This document shows, piece after piece, positions 1 through 13,790 of a stretch of 64,000 nt of DNA. A program made the position numbers and the translations under genes. Under the pieces are notes generated by a model, which saw nothing but the letters and a program-made list of their open reading frames with translations, searched no databases and was not told the DNA's origin. The stretch spans positions 32,054,001 to 32,118,000 of the forward strand of contig NC_043009.1 in NCBI RefSeq assembly GCF_006345805.1. Direction: 5' to 3'. Position 1 is the stretch's first letter; each line of letters begins with the position of its first letter. Source of the stretch: Octopus sinensis (lineage: Eukaryota).

Positions 1-217
1 GAAGAGAGAGAGAGAGAGAGAAGAGAGAGGAGAGAGGAGAGAGAGGAAGAAGAGAGAGAGAGAGAGAGAAGAGAGGAGAGAGAGAGGAAGAGGAAGAGAG
101 AGAGAGAGAAGAGAAGAGAGAGAGGAAGAGAGAGAGAGGAAGAAGAGAGAGAGAGAGGAAGAGAGAGAGAGGAAGAGAGAGAGAGAGAGAGGAAGAGGAA
201 GAGAGAGAGAGAGAGAA
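1..217. repeat. (GA)n/GAAGA purine-rich microsatellite
   Basis: Visible GA/GAA low-complexity tract. Confidence 0.95.
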
Positions 218-339
218 ATAAAAGGTAGACGGAAATGAAAATTCAGACTCACAGACACACACACACACACATACACACACATGATGGATGTCGACTGTTT
301 AAGTGGGAATGACCATGACTGACTAAATAAACTGTATCG

Positions 340-545
340 CATTCTTCACTTCTTTCAGTCACTGAACCGCGCCCATGCTGGGGCACCGTCTTCAAGGGTT
401 TACTTGAACAAATCAACCCCAGTAGTTCAGCAGGACTTGTTTTTTTTAAAACTCTGGTACTAATTCTATCGGTCTTTTTGTCACCTAACTGCTAAGCTAC
501 AGGGACGCAAAGAAACCAACACCGGATGTCAAGCTGTGGTGGGGT
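340..545 (-). mobile_element. SINE family A, 3' fragment
   Basis: Degenerate match to the 3' half of the fuller copies at 9151-9534 and 16950-17382 (cccatgctggggcaccg...ttctatcggtctttttg). Confidence 0.7.
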
Positions 546-569
546 CAAACACAAAAACAAAGATAAACA

Positions 570-578
570 CACACATAC

Positions 579-617
<39 letters not shown>

Positions 618-760
618 CATCCATCCATTCCATCCACCCACCCACCCACCCACCCCCACCTACCTACCTACCAACCAACCTACCTACCTACCTACCTATC
701 TATCATCCATCCATCCATCCATCCATCCATCCATCCATCCATCCATCCATCCATCCATCC

Positions 761-801
<41 letters not shown>

Positions 802-810
802 CCTACCTGT
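570..810. repeat. Compound (TCTA)n/(TCCA)n/(CCTA)n microsatellite
   Basis: Visible tetranucleotide arrays; these explain ORFs 526..858 and 536..874. Confidence 0.95.
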
Positions 811-824
811 CTGTCGGTCATTAT

Positions 825-1225
825 TTGGTCTTATTTCAAGATTTCTTGCCAATACTGAAAGAGTCGGTTTCTAACCTAGATCCAAGGCTCTTTCAATGGA
901 ATTTCAACATCAACAACAGAGTATTTTTGTACGTACGTATGTATGTGTGTGTGTATGTTTGTATGTATGTATGTATGTATGTATGTATGTATGTATGTAC
1001 GTATGTATGCATGTATGTGCAGATTTGTATGTTTTATGTATGTATTCTCATGCATATAGTTGCATATCTAGACATGCTCATAATTATTGAAATGATAAAC
1101 TTCTGGATAGTTTTACAGATTTTTACAGTTCCAGTTATGGATTTGATCTGTAGTCTTCGAATTAGCTTTCTCCTTTCTGGTTTTAAGAAGCCTAATTTCT
1201 CAAGATTGGTATTTAGGCAGTATTA
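825..1225 (-). mobile_element. 3' end of a non-LTR retrotransposon with a (TACA)n-containing 3' UTR
   Basis: Minus strand reads LEKLGFLKPERRKLIRRLQIKSITGTVKICKTIQKF. Homologous copies lie at about 42095-42330 and 62115-62310. Assignment to a restriction-endonuclease-type LINE is inference. Confidence 0.5.
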
Positions 1226-1233
1226 CATATCTC

Positions 1234-1264
<31 letters not shown>

Positions 1265-2119
1265 TGTATGTATGTATGTATGTATGTATGTATGTATGTA
1301 TGCGTGTATGTGTGTATGTATGTATGTGTTTATGTATGTATAGGACGGGTTTGTTTCAGTTTCTGTCTGGCCAGTCTACTCACAGGCCTTTGGTTAGCCT
1401 GAAGCTAAAGTAGAAGACACGCGTCCAAGGTACTGTACAATGTGACCGAACTCGAAACTGAGTGATCGAGAGAGGTGAGGAGGAAGGTGTAATGGGAAAC
1501 AGCGATGATAATTGGAATGGTTTCCGTGAAAATGCACCAAAGACACACACAGAACTATTTCTGATTGGCTGTTATTAACGCTGGTGACGATCTCTCTATG
1601 GCCATAATAATGGTATTGACGGTGTGAGTGCACGCGCGCGCGTGTGTAACGGGGAATGATGATAAGGAGGATCGAGGGGAGAGTGCTGACGATAAGGGGC
1701 TGTATAGGGGGTTTGGGGTTTGGAGGGCGTAGTGGGGCAGGTAGATAGGTGTGACAACGTGCTAGATAAAGCGGTGTGGTGAGAGTAGATGATCAGGGTG
1801 CAGATAATGTTGAGGATATGGACAGTGAAGCGGTGCTGTTAGGACAGTGGTGGTGTGGGGGTGATGGTAGGGGTGATGGTAGTGGTGATGGTATGGGTGA
1901 TAGTAGGGGGCATGATGGTGTGGGGAGTGATGGCAGGAATGCTGCGGAGGTAAATTTTAAGAAAGGTGTGTTGGTTGTTATATGGTCGATGTGGTGTCAT
2001 GGTGATAGTGGAGAGGGACTAATGGCAGTGGTGGCGATGGGATGGTTGGGTGGTTGGATGGTTTGTGCGGGTATGCTGATAATAGAAAAGCTGGCGTGGT
2101 GATGATGGTCAAAATAATG

Positions 2120-2401
2120 TTTAGAAATAGTGTGGTGGGGCTGGTGGGGTGGTAGTTGTGGTGTTGATGGTGTTGGTAGTGGTGTTGGTGGTTGTTGTTG
2201 TAGTAGTTGTGTTGCTCGTGTTAGTGGTGTTGTTAGTGGTTGTGGTTGTGGTGGTGTGATGTGTTGGTGGTGGCGGCGGCAGTGGTGATATGGAAGGTTT
2301 AGTGGTGATCATAAAGAAGGTGTGTTTCATATACGAGATTTATATTCAGTTCGTATTCACACACACACACACTCTCTCACACACACACATACACACACAC
2401 A

Positions 2402-2453
<52 letters not shown>

Positions 2454-2758
2454 CATTTATATCTTCATATTGTCCCCAATCTGTGGCACGCTAAAATGAT
2501 GATATGACCAGCACACACCACACATATACAGACAATTAGACGATTTCATCTGACAACACACTTTTTATAAGAGTATACATACACACGCAATCACACACTA
2601 TGCAATCACATACCAAAATCAACAGACATACACACACACATAATCACACAGACACACACACATTGATAAATACAGACACATGCTAACAATACACACACAC
2701 ACACACACAGAGTTTTTCATTGATAGACATTACTAAATAGATTCACACACGTTAATAG

Positions 2759-2798
<40 letters not shown>

Positions 2799-2881
2799 AT
2801 ACACATATTTATTCAATTATTTACATTAAAATCCTGCACTAATACAGCTTCATATACACCCACGGGCACTGTGAGGGCCAC

Positions 2882-2961
<80 letters not shown>

Positions 2962-2983
2962 ACACACACTCATACACACACAC

Positions 2984-3017
<34 letters not shown>

Positions 3018-3150
3018 ACACACACACACACACACACACCACACACACACACACACTCACACACACTCACACACACACACATGCAATCACATTCAAGCAG
3101 TCATGCACATGCATGCACACCCACACACTAAAGGTAGAAACGAAAGCAGA

Positions 3151-3204
<54 letters not shown>

Positions 3205-3236
3205 ACTGCTACTGTTACTGTTGCCGTTGTTGCTGC

Positions 3237-3275
<39 letters not shown>

Positions 3276-3402
3276 ACTGCTACTGTTACTGTTGCCGTTG
3301 TTGCTGCTCTGCTGCTGCTGCTACTGTTACTGTTGCCGTTGTTGCTGCTCTGCTGCTGCTGCTAAAACTATACTACTACTACCACCTCTACTATTACTAC
3401 CT

Positions 3403-3439
<37 letters not shown>

Positions 3440-3809
3440 CTACCACCACCACCACCACACTACCACCACCACTACCACTACCACTACTACTACAACTACT
3501 ACTACTACTAATACTACTGCTAATAATAATAATCATACACATGCCATTAACATCTAGCACTCCATTAGCAGCAACATGTACAACAGCAAGCTGAATGCAA
3601 TGACAGCTGTCAGCGCCTGCAGTAAAATAACAAATACTACCAGCAACAACAACAACAACAACAATAAAACAACTGCATAATTGCAACATCAACAATAAAA
3701 ATTACAACAAAACCTGCCATATCAGCATCAAAATAAAAACAGCAGCCTCAGCGAGAAACACTGGCCGCAACACAAAAAAAAGCAGCATCGATGACGTAAA
3801 AACGAGTGC

Positions 3810-3855
<46 letters not shown>

Positions 3856-3875
3856 GTGACGATGATGATGACGAC

Positions 3876-3938
<63 letters not shown>

Positions 3939-3941
3939 GAC

Positions 3942-3986
<45 letters not shown>

Positions 3987-4035
3987 GACGATGATGATGA
4001 TGATATGATGATGATGATGGTGGTGGTGATGATGA
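2120..4035. repeat. Microsatellite cluster: (GTT/GTA)n, (CA)n, (CTA/CTG)n, (GAT)n
   Basis: Visible arrays; the poly-T/L/M/HT ORFs are artefacts. Confidence 0.95.
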
Positions 4036-4477
4036 AGAGAAGTGTTTGGAGGGGGGAGTACTGTAACGCAGCTGATGGTAATATTGTTACATGTGTTTAG
4101 CTCCAGGACAATCGTGCGTTTCAGCCGTGACCCTCCCGGTTGTATCGATTTTTACTGGTCGGTTCGTGTCAGCTAGTGCATTGTGTAGTGTACAAGTAGG
4201 TTTTGGTTTTGTTGGTATTGCCGTCTATATTGACTGATATGTGAAGGAGAGCACTCGTGTTTCACAAACCTGGTTCGAGGAAATCTACATAAGCCTAGGT
4301 TTGGGTATCTAAATGTTTCAGTTTGTGTAAATCCTGGAGCTTTTAATCTATTGACAGAAATTACTCAAACTAAATTATGGCAGCAGAGCGAGAGTAACTC
4401 AGACTTTTTATTCAGCGATATCGCTGGGTCTTTCATCATCTGCAATTTCCAGCCCCATTAGTATAGGAGGTGATTAT

Positions 4478-4705
4478 GTTGAGCTGGTAGAACCGTTAGC
4501 ACGCCGGGCGAAATACGTTACTGTATTTCGTCTGCCGTTACGTTCTGAGTTCAAATTCCGCCGAGGTCGACTTTGCCTTTCATCCTTTCGGGGGTCGATA
4601 AATTAAGTACCAGTTACGCACTGGGGTCGATGTAATCGACTTAATCTGTTTGTCATTGTTTGTCCCCTCTGTGTTTAGCCCCTTGTGGGTTGTAAAGAAT
4701 TTATT
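4478..4705 (+). mobile_element. tRNA-headed SINE family B
   Basis: B-box-like gagttcaaattcc followed by gactttgcctttcatcctttcggggtcgataaattaagtaccag. Related copies lie at about 34640-34850 and 60050-60160. Confidence 0.75.
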
Positions 4706-6547
4706 ATGTTCATAACATTCCAAGTTAAAGAGATACGTTCCAAAATCCTTCACTTAGCAAACGAGTGCGGACAGAGAAGTAGCGTCATTTATGTCCTTAG
4801 ATTTGAACGGTTCTATATGTTAATTATATCGCCATTTTAAGGTATTTTCGGTGAGCCCCATATAATTCTTTTTGATCCCATATCTGAATGTTATGGTTTA
4901 CATATGTAAATAAATGTCAGTTCTTCTAGAGAAGTGGCAGCTCGATGCAGAAATTTTGCTGCAGTTGTTCACTGTGTTTGTAGGAATTAATTTTCCGCGG
5001 ACAGCATCTGGTTGTTGTTGGCGGGTGACATAGCAGTTAAGGTGTTAGGAACTCCATCGTAAGGTCGTCGATTTGATTGCCAGATTGGGAAGCGTGACCT
5101 TAAACATAGTACTTCATTTTATGTTGCCCCAATCTACCCAACTGAAAATGAGTACTAGTTATATACTGATACTGGTGCAGACGTTTCATGTTCAAGCCGT
5201 AACATCCTTGATGTTGTGCTGTGTGAAGAAGTGAAAGGGTCGAGACGGAGCCTAGATCTGCTCACAACTTCATCGGCATTTACGACAAATAGCGAACATA
5301 TGATACGTTTTAGCATGTCATACTCTCCTACGAATAACAAATGTTTCCTATACAACTCCGAGCCAACCAAAGATTTGCGGTTGGGTTTCACAGGTGGAAG
5401 CCGGACAGAAACAGGAAAAATTCGTCACACACACACTAGGAAACTAGAGTATGCAGTCCACCACCCACTGAAGTTAGGAGGCGTATCTCTGAGTGTTCCA
5501 TCCCTCCCCATTTTTCGTGAAAAGTGTAGTATTATATGCTTTGAAATATGGGGAGTTTGAAAATGAAAATAGTTTCCCTATACGATGCACCATTTTGAAG
5601 TAGTTAGTAAGACACGAGTGACGTACATATAACTGTAGAAATCCCCTTCTAACGATTTCATCCAGTAGGGGGCTATCCAAGTCGTTGACTGTGAGAAAAA
5701 AGTCGTAATTCTTTGTAAAGTTTGGAAGAAATCTCGACATTCACGAACTCCTGAAACCGATTGAGAGAGTACCAAATTAAGTGAATGTGTATAACAATGT
5801 AGAACGTCTGTCAGTGATGCAGCTTTTCTGCCTTTGCTGACATCGACTTATCCCCTGAACATTTCTTCAAGCCTTTCGTTCTCATCAACAAATCGCAAAA
5901 AGTGTGACAGTTAAGAATTCAAAGGTTTGTAGTCTCATCAAACATGACAGCAACAAATGCTTTTTTCCCGATCATTGGCTTAATTACACCTTCAGTTGTA
6001 ACAGCTATACAATCAAATGATTTCGTTTTCGATATCACTTCAAAGCTTAGAAAATGCGTTCTTATACTGACAATCTAACAGACATGGGAAACAGAAAAAT
6101 TGGTCCAGAATGGGCCATCTCGTCATTCACTCAGATTTGGTTTCTTTCTTCTGAGAAGGATAATATTCTTCTTATCTACTTTAAAGTTGGGGAAAGTAGA
6201 GGGAAAACTGAACTAATTTACCCTCTTTCCATCCTGGGGATGATTGAAGGCATGAGAAATTCTACTGGGTTATAAATTTTTTAAATGAATCGAAGCTTTA
6301 TGCTAATAAATAATTTAGGTGCTAGTTTACTTTTTTATGTAATTTTTCTTAAATAACTTTAAATATTCAAAATTATATTTTGAAGCATTAGCATGAACGA
6401 ATGAAAACTTTACTTTTTAATCACACACACGCACACAAATTGCCGGCTTCTTCTTTTCGCTCTATATGTGAACTAGTCAAGAAAACACTGGGATCATGTG
6501 ACTGAATTTAGAAATACTCTCTCCATTGGTTAAATCTTTTTAGAAAG

Positions 6548-6690
6548 CAAGCGTGGGAGTGTAGTAAGAGGTTGGCTTCCCAACCACATGGTTCCAGGTT
6601 CAGTCTTCTTCTAATGATTTCTACTATAGCCTTGGACCGACTAAAACCTTGCATGTGGACTTGATAGAGGGAAACTGTTAAAAAAACTCA
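6548..6690 (+). mobile_element. SINE family A, 5' part
   Basis: ggcttcccaaccacatggttccaggttcagtc head matches the other family A copies. Confidence 0.7.
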
Positions 6691-6724
6691 TCGTATATAT
6701 ACATAAATATATATATATACATAA

Positions 6725-8352
6725 ATAAGCAACGCATGCAAGATAGCTACAGACAAAATAATTAAAGTCCCTAATCCTAATGACCTCAAATTGAGACCCA
6801 TAATAGCAGGTACCGCATGCGAAACCCACCGCCTCAGTAACTTTTTAGACACCCTGTTAAAACCACTCCTCAAACATGTCAAAAGCTATATAAGGGACGA
6901 CTTAGATATGCTCAATCACCTACCGAATACTATAAACAAAAACACCATACTGGTATCCTTCGATGTAGTCAAACTCTACTCCAATATCCCCCACAACCTA
7001 GGACTAGAGGCAATCCAATTCTGGCTAGAGAATCACGCCAACGAACTACCACACCGCATCAAAAAAGAATTTGTGATAGAAGGGGTTAAATTCATCCTGG
7101 AAAATAACTTCTTCGCCTTCAATGACAACTTCTACCGACAAAAATCGGGGACTGCGATGGGTACACGAATGGCCCCCCTTTGCCAACCTAGTCATAGGAT
7201 ACCTAGAGATCAGTCTGTATCGTAAGGTTCTAGAAAGATATGGCAGCCCTTTCTCCATCTACATAGAAAACAACTGGAAGAGATATCTAGATGACTGTTT
7301 CATCCTTTGGCATAAAAATATAGAAAAACTCATAGAATTCCAGAAAATTTTAAACGGACTGGACGTAAACATCCAATTCACGATGGAATATAGCCAACAA
7401 CAACTCCCCTTCCTCGATATCCTCATTAAGAAAGCTAATAATATAATAGAAACAGACATATACTATAAGCCTACAGACTCTAAGCAATATCTTCCATTCA
7501 ATTCATGCCACCCCAGACACACCAGGATGAATATCCCCTTCAATCTAGCAAAAAGGATATGCACTATAGTCTCTAACGCAAACACCAGAGACACACGACT
7601 ACAAGAACTAAAAGATACCCTTATCACCAGGAACTATCCACCTTCACTTATTGACAAGTGCATTCAACGTGCCCTTCAACTTAACATCAAGGAACTGAGA
7701 CATCCCAAATCAGAGAAAAACTTACAACCAAAAGCCTTACCATACATCTCCACACACAACCCTCTCAATAACGAAGCCTTCGACACCATCCTCCACAACA
7801 TACCCCTCCTAAAAAAAGACCACAGAATGAACACAATCCTCCAAACACACACGATCATAAAAAGCAAAAGACAGCCTAGATCCATGAAAAGTCTCTTACA
7901 CAAGCCCGAATTCACTCTTCAACACAGAAGCCGACAGTAAAAAAATGTGGAAGACCCAATTGCGGGATATGCGACTATCTAATTGAGGGATCAGAGTTCT
8001 CCTTCAAACAGGGACAACGGTTTACAGTGAAAAGCAACTTCACATGTGCTTCGGAGAACCTAATATACTCACTAACTGCTCCGGGTGTCAAGAGCAGTAC
8101 ATAGGCCAAACAAAAAATGGTTTGCGTAAACGAATGGCCCTGCACAGATCCCAGATAAAAATTCCCCAAAACAGAAAAATAGCTTTTAGCCAACACATAG
8201 ATACTTGCGCCAACAAAAAAACACCAAACTTCAGAATTTTCCCCCTCTACCAATTTAGGGACGATACAACCTCGAGACAACGAATAAGTAAAGAAAATCT
8301 CTTTATTACAAAATACAAGCCACTTCTTAACGGGCCTACGACAAACAATTAA
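6725..8352 (+). pseudogene. PLE RT + GIY-YIG ORF with three frameshifts
   Basis: RT motifs DLKLRPIIAG, SFDVVKLYSNIP, GTAMGTRMAP, RYLDD and LPFLDI. Linker KCGRPNCGIC (C-x4-C-x2-C). Endonuclease NLIY...CSGCQEQYIGQT...RMALH. Frame changes near 7180, 7915 and 8070. Confidence 0.92.
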
Positions 8353-8973
8353 TATACCTCAACTTTAGAATAAAAGAAATATATACACACACAAATATTA
8401 CACTCCATAGAATCCATTACTAATCAGCCCCATCAAAGCTATACTTACACCCATTCATATTCTCCCTTCTCTGTTTTTTTCTTCTTCTTCTTCATCATCA
8501 TCATTATCATCATCGTCGTCATCATCATCACCACCATCTTCTCCTTCTCCTTCTTCTTCTTCTTCTTCTTCTTCTTCTTCTTCATCATCATCATCATCAA
8601 CATCGTCATCTTCTCCCTCTTCTACTTCTCCACCTTCCACCCCTTAACCATGTCACTAATGTCTTTCAGTATAACGCCTACGCAAATTCCATAAACAATT
8701 CCTGAATTGAACTGCGACTACTGTCAGCCACTGTCAGCCACTGACCATTCAAAATACGACCATTAAGGCATTCCCAGATTTCCCCACCCCTCTCCACATC
8801 AGCCTCATTATTCTTCACCTATCCTACCAAGAACTCAAAACGACCTCGAACACACAAGTGCAAACAAGGGAGTCAGAGAAAGGCAGAATGCTACTTATAT
8901 CTGAACACTACTACAGAAATATTCTTTTAAAAAAACTTTTCTTCTAATTTTTCTAAATTTAATTATTTAATCG

Positions 8974-9017
8974 TTACAGTTGAAAAGGTCTCAAAATGAC
9001 CGAAACCGGTACTGAAA
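8974..9017 (+). ncRNA. Decayed minimal type I hammerhead ribozyme in the PLE 3' region
   Basis: cag-TTGAAAA-ggtc[tcaaaat]gacc-GAAA-ccgg-TA-ctg. All stems are intact but the core carries two substitutions relative to CUGANGA. Confidence 0.7.
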
Positions 9018-9099
9018 GATTCACTATAAAATCATCTTAGCATTTTCTATCTTGACTTGTTTTTTCATATATATCAACTCGTGTGTTCCTTTCCACCCT

Positions 9100-9150
<51 letters not shown>

Positions 9151-9151
<1 letters not shown>

Positions 9152-9534
9152 TCTTTTACTCTTTTACTTGTTTCAGTCATTTGACTGCGGCCATGCTGGA
9201 GCACCGCCTTTAGTCGAGCAAATCGACCCCGGGACTTATTCTTTGTAAGCCCAGTACTTATTCTATCGGTCTCTTTTGCCGAACCGCTAAGTGACGGGGA
9301 CGTAAACACACCAGCATCGGTTGTCAAGCAATGCTAGGGGGACAAACACAGACACACAAACACACACATATATATACATACATATATACGACAGGCTTCT
9401 TTCAGTTTCCGTCTACCAAATCCACTCACAAGGCATTGGTCGGCCCGGGGCCATAGTAGAAGACACTTGCCCAAGATGCCACGCAACCATGTGGTTGGTT
9501 AGCAAGCTACTTACCACACAGCCACTCCTGCGCC
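9151..9534 (-). mobile_element. SINE family A (tRNA head, CORE-like segment, gagtaaaa tail)
   Basis: Reverse complement of ggcgcaggagtggctgtgtggtaag...cttgggcaagtgtc...gactgaaacaagtaaaagagtaaaagag. Confidence 0.9.
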
Positions 9535-9815
9535 TATATATATATATATTTATATATTTATATATATATAGAGAGAGAGAGTTTGTAAACCGTTTACAAA
9601 CGGTTTACACACTCTATGCTTGGAATGACCAATTTTAAGTACTATTGGAACTTACACACAAGGCACAGGAAACTTATATGTATACAATTCTGCTTAAATA
9701 ATGGAACTGCAGATACAATATCCCTGCATACCTCACGTCTGTTTCCATTCCTCCACTTCACTCTCTGTTTCATATCTTCTCTAGAATAACTATTGCTTAA
9801 CTACTTTCTCACACC

Positions 9816-9863
9816 GTCTCCGATGAAGAGATATATAAAATATCCTGGAAACAGCTGTAAGAC
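9816..9863 (+). ncRNA. Minimal type I hammerhead ribozyme with a variant core
   Basis: gtct-CCGATGA-agagatat[ataaa]atatcctg-GAAA-cagctg-TA-agac. Stem I is gtct/agac and stem III is palindromic. Confidence 0.7.
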
Positions 9864-10059
9864 CTCTTTATAAATGTTCTGAAACCTTTCACAGCCTTGG
9901 ATTTTTTATCTCCTTCTATTATATATATATAATGTGTGTGTGTGTGTGTTGTATCTGTTTTCCCTTCACCAATGCTTGACAACCGGCGTTGGTCTGTTTA
10001 CCTTTCCGAAACTTAGCAGTTTGGTACCAGAGCCCAAAAGAATAAGCACCATGTATGTA

Positions 10060-10290
10060 TGTATGTATGTATGTATGTATGTATGTATGTATGTATGTAT
10101 TATGTATGTATGTATGTATGTATGTGTGTGTGTATGTATGTATGTATGTATGAATGTATGTATGTGTGTATGTATTATGTATGTATGTATGTATGTATGT
10201 ATGTATGTATGTATGTATGTATGTATGTATTATGTATGTATGTATGTATGAATGTATGTATGTGTGTATGTGCGTGTGTGTGCGTGTATG
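10060..10290. repeat. (TATG)n microsatellite
   Basis: Visible array. Confidence 0.95.
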
Positions 10291-10999
10291 CTTATGAATT
10301 CTTTTGCAATATAACACATTATGCATTATTCTGTATGCGCAAATGTGTGAGTGTATGCAGATGTGTTTTTGTATTTGTCAGTAAAGTTGACTTAGTCCTC
10401 ATCCTCACACTCTCTTTCTATACTGACGATGGTTGTGGTGGGGATGATGATCACGGTCATCATCATCGTCATCATCATCATCATCTTCATTGTCATTATG
10501 GTCGCCATCATTTCTATATTGAATGCACGTGTGCGTGTGTATGTATGTATATTCACGTGTCCAATGATGTGCTTGTTTCTGTATACACAGCAGTATATGA
10601 TACGTGTATATCCATGCTCCCCTCCGGTCTAACGTTTAGTGTGTGTGTGTGTGTGTACTTAAGCGTCTGTATGCGTTTGTGTGTGTGTTTGCATGCATGA
10701 ATGTAAAAGCCAGAGTGAAGGGAAACTGATAGAGAAACGAGGAGGGAGAGGAGACAAGAGTGGGAAGAGAGAATGGGTAAAAGTGGGAGGTGAATTTAAG
10801 GTCCATTGACCAAACGGTCATGTTTGTTATTGTGTTTGTTGCTAGGTTGATGGAATTTGTTCATAGAAAATAATATGAGGCAGAGAATATGTGAGAAACG
10901 GGGAGGGAGATTATGGAACCCAAGAACCAGGAGGTGGTGCTAAAAAAGGGCGGTGTGCTGTGCCTACCACGGTAAGACAAGGTGGAGAAACGTCAACAC

Positions 11000-11273
11000 C
11001 ATTGGTTCTCAACCATTTCCCCCTTTGGACTCCTTTGATTTACATTTTACCTGACTGGACCCCGATAGCCATTTATTGTTTCAAAAAATCATATTGTATT
11101 TTTGTAATTAACTATTATTAAGAATTGTATTTTAAAAAATCGTCAAAATATTTTGTGAATATTGAGCATGAATTTTTATGACAAAATCTTATATAAACTC
11201 CTTCGTGGGTCATATAACACCCGGGGTCTTATGATTTCCCAAAAGTCATATGGACCGCGGTTAAGAACCACTG
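11000..11273. mobile_element. hAT-type MITE
   Basis: TIRs cattggttctcaacc / ggttaagaaccactg with a degenerate 8-bp TSD gtcaacac / gtttacac. Confidence 0.8.
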
Positions 11274-11502
11274 GTTTACACCAAAAACAAAATGGGATAC
11301 ATTTTACAAATGACGTCCAAGGAAATCCATAAACATACATTCATTCCCAAAGGTTCATATTCATACATGAATGGTTCTCCGTTAGTTTCGACGATGAGTC
11401 TTCAGCGTTTCAATCAGCTGAGTTATCTGATCCTGAATTAGTAAGCGCTGGGTGTTACACAGAAACGTGTGTTTTTAGCTTAAGTCTCAGGCAAAGTGGA
11501 TG

Positions 11503-11610
11503 AGATGTTTTATAAACACATTCTACCAGTATACGAAGTTTAAAAGTGTTTAGTTACGTGGAAATTATTTTAGAAAACTGCCGTTCAAACCGAAAAGATC
11601 CTATAAAGTT
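11503..11610. mobile_element. Truncated right end of the TIR element at 14125-14560
   Basis: Near-identical to 14454-14560. Confidence 0.85.
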
Positions 11611-13441
11611 TCATACGTGTTTTCCGAGCCAATATTCAGGGGTTGTTATTTATAGCTTTATTTATAGCTTTTCTGTTTGGCTGCCAATTTTCAATCTCTT
11701 AATTTCTTCGAATTGATTTCATATTCGGTGTAATGATGTAGTTTTATATGCTAATCAATGCCATGAAATTAATTTTCACCATTAAGTGCTAATAGCTTTT
11801 ACAGTTTGCAAATTACATGTACAAGCCATCCAGTAATGTTACGCATTGGAATCAAACTAAAGACTTTGTGATTTCAAAGTAAAATTCTTAACCATTCCGT
11901 TAAATTGCACTTATAGCTACCTACCTATCTTCGTACATACATATATACTCACATATAAATCGCACATTACAAATGCAATCTACAAGCAGAACAGTAAAAA
12001 TATGTAAGACTGTTCTCCGGTTTAAAATGGGGCATTGTTTTTGTTATCTACATTCCAATGATGGAGAATCGTATTTCTGTTAGAAACCAACTCCTTCCTA
12101 AAAAGAAAAATTTGAATAATTCAAAACCGAAGAGAACATATATTTACATACACACCCTGTTTGATGCTGTCTAAATTTCAATGAGAAACTCTTGCTTTTA
12201 GGCTAAAAACCGGCTTTTTCTCCATTGGAGAGAATTTCGTAAAGTAAGACCCAGCAGGAACAAGCATGCGTATGTACACATAGACATGTTCGAATTTTGA
12301 TTTCGCTATTGTTTTATACAGCCAAAGTTATGTGTGTATAAACACACACACACACATACACACACAAACACATATATATGTTTAGGTTAACAACTGCAAT
12401 AAAAAAAAGGTAAAACGTAATGGTGAGTGAAGGAGAAAGAGAGAGATGCGTAATATGTTTATTACGTGGCTGTGTTGTCGTAAGAGGGTTGAAAGGTGAG
12501 AGATTTATCTTGTGAGAGGAAGAAGAACCGTGAGAACGACTGATACAATAAAGATATGAGAAAAGTAAAAATGGAGAATGTGTAACGAAGAATCGACTCA
12601 GGTGGGATAACAAGAAACAGAAACATACTGACAGGATAAACTTATACACACACACACAGAAAAGACACACACATACACACGCACACATCCATTCAGATAT
12701 ATTACACAGGTGTTTACCAAACAAAAAAGTACTCAGTACATAAGATAGAGTAGAATATATCTAAAGATATAATCCGTAGCTGCTCACGCATCGTGATAAA
12801 GTGCTCATGATAGGAATAAAACATTAGCACTTACTCGAATAATGACAGTACCATGTGTATTGCCATTTCCTTTGTGGTTTTTCTGTTATTGCCCTCTGGG
12901 TTTGAAATTATAGTAAGGGACAAAAATGGATTATATTCATTATTAGGAAGAATATAATCTTTAAACGGCGGTGCATCAGCATGGCCGCAGCTCTGAGCTG
13001 AAACTTTAAAAAGAAAAAAAGAGTTCTTTCCCAATGGCCAATAAACAAATAATTTAGGATAGAAAGTTTATAAAGAATAACAAAGTTGTGGAGTATATAA
13101 ATTCTTTTTTGCTAAAGAGACAGCAATGTTATGTCAGACTTCATCTAATGAGAGCATGGGCACATTTCACTGCACAGAGATATGTGACCTCCTTGGTCTT
13201 TATATCCAAAATAAGTTACACAAAAAAAAAGTGAAAAGAAATTTACCATGATAAAAATAGGCTTACATAGAGACGATGGTTTGCCTATCCTAAGCTTAAA
13301 TACTTAAAAATAATTTCGTCCTAAATATAGATGTTGCCACTCGCCTAAATTATGTAATTTTCTTGAGTGTTACCCTCAACATAAACACTGATAAATATCA
13401 AGACAATTGATCAAACCTAATGAATGAAAGATGAAGATGTA

Positions 13442-13790
13442 GGCGCAGGAGTGGCTGTGTGGTAAGTAGCTTGCTTACCAACCACATGGTTCCGGGTTCA
13501 GTCCCACTGCGTGACACCTTGGGCAAGTGTCTTTTACTATAGCCTCGGGCCAACCATAGCCATGAATGGATTTGGTAGACGGAAACTGAAAGAAGCCCGT
13601 CGTATATATATATATATATTCATATGTGTGTTTGTGTTCCCCCCCCCAACATCACTTGACAACTGGTGTGTTTACGGTTCGGCAAAAGTGACCGATAGAA
13701 TAAGTACTAGGCTTACAAAGAATAAGTTCTGGGGTCGATTTGTTCGACTAAAGACGGTGCTCCAGCATGGTGAAACAAATAAAAGAAAAA
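13442..13790 (+). mobile_element. SINE family A
   Basis: A-box-like tggctgtgtgg, B-box-like ggttcagtccc and accttgggcaagtgtc. Confidence 0.9.

Larger units (their letters stand above)
6725..9110 (+). mobile_element. Penelope-like retroelement, 5'-truncated, possibly Neptune-type
   Basis: RT followed by a C-terminal GIY-YIG endonuclease, then a 3' non-coding region with a hammerhead-like motif. Confidence 0.9.

Noticed and set aside
11375-11410. Minus-strand ctgaa-gac-tcatc-gtc-gaaac
   Set aside because: The core overlaps stem II and there is no stem I or III pairing.
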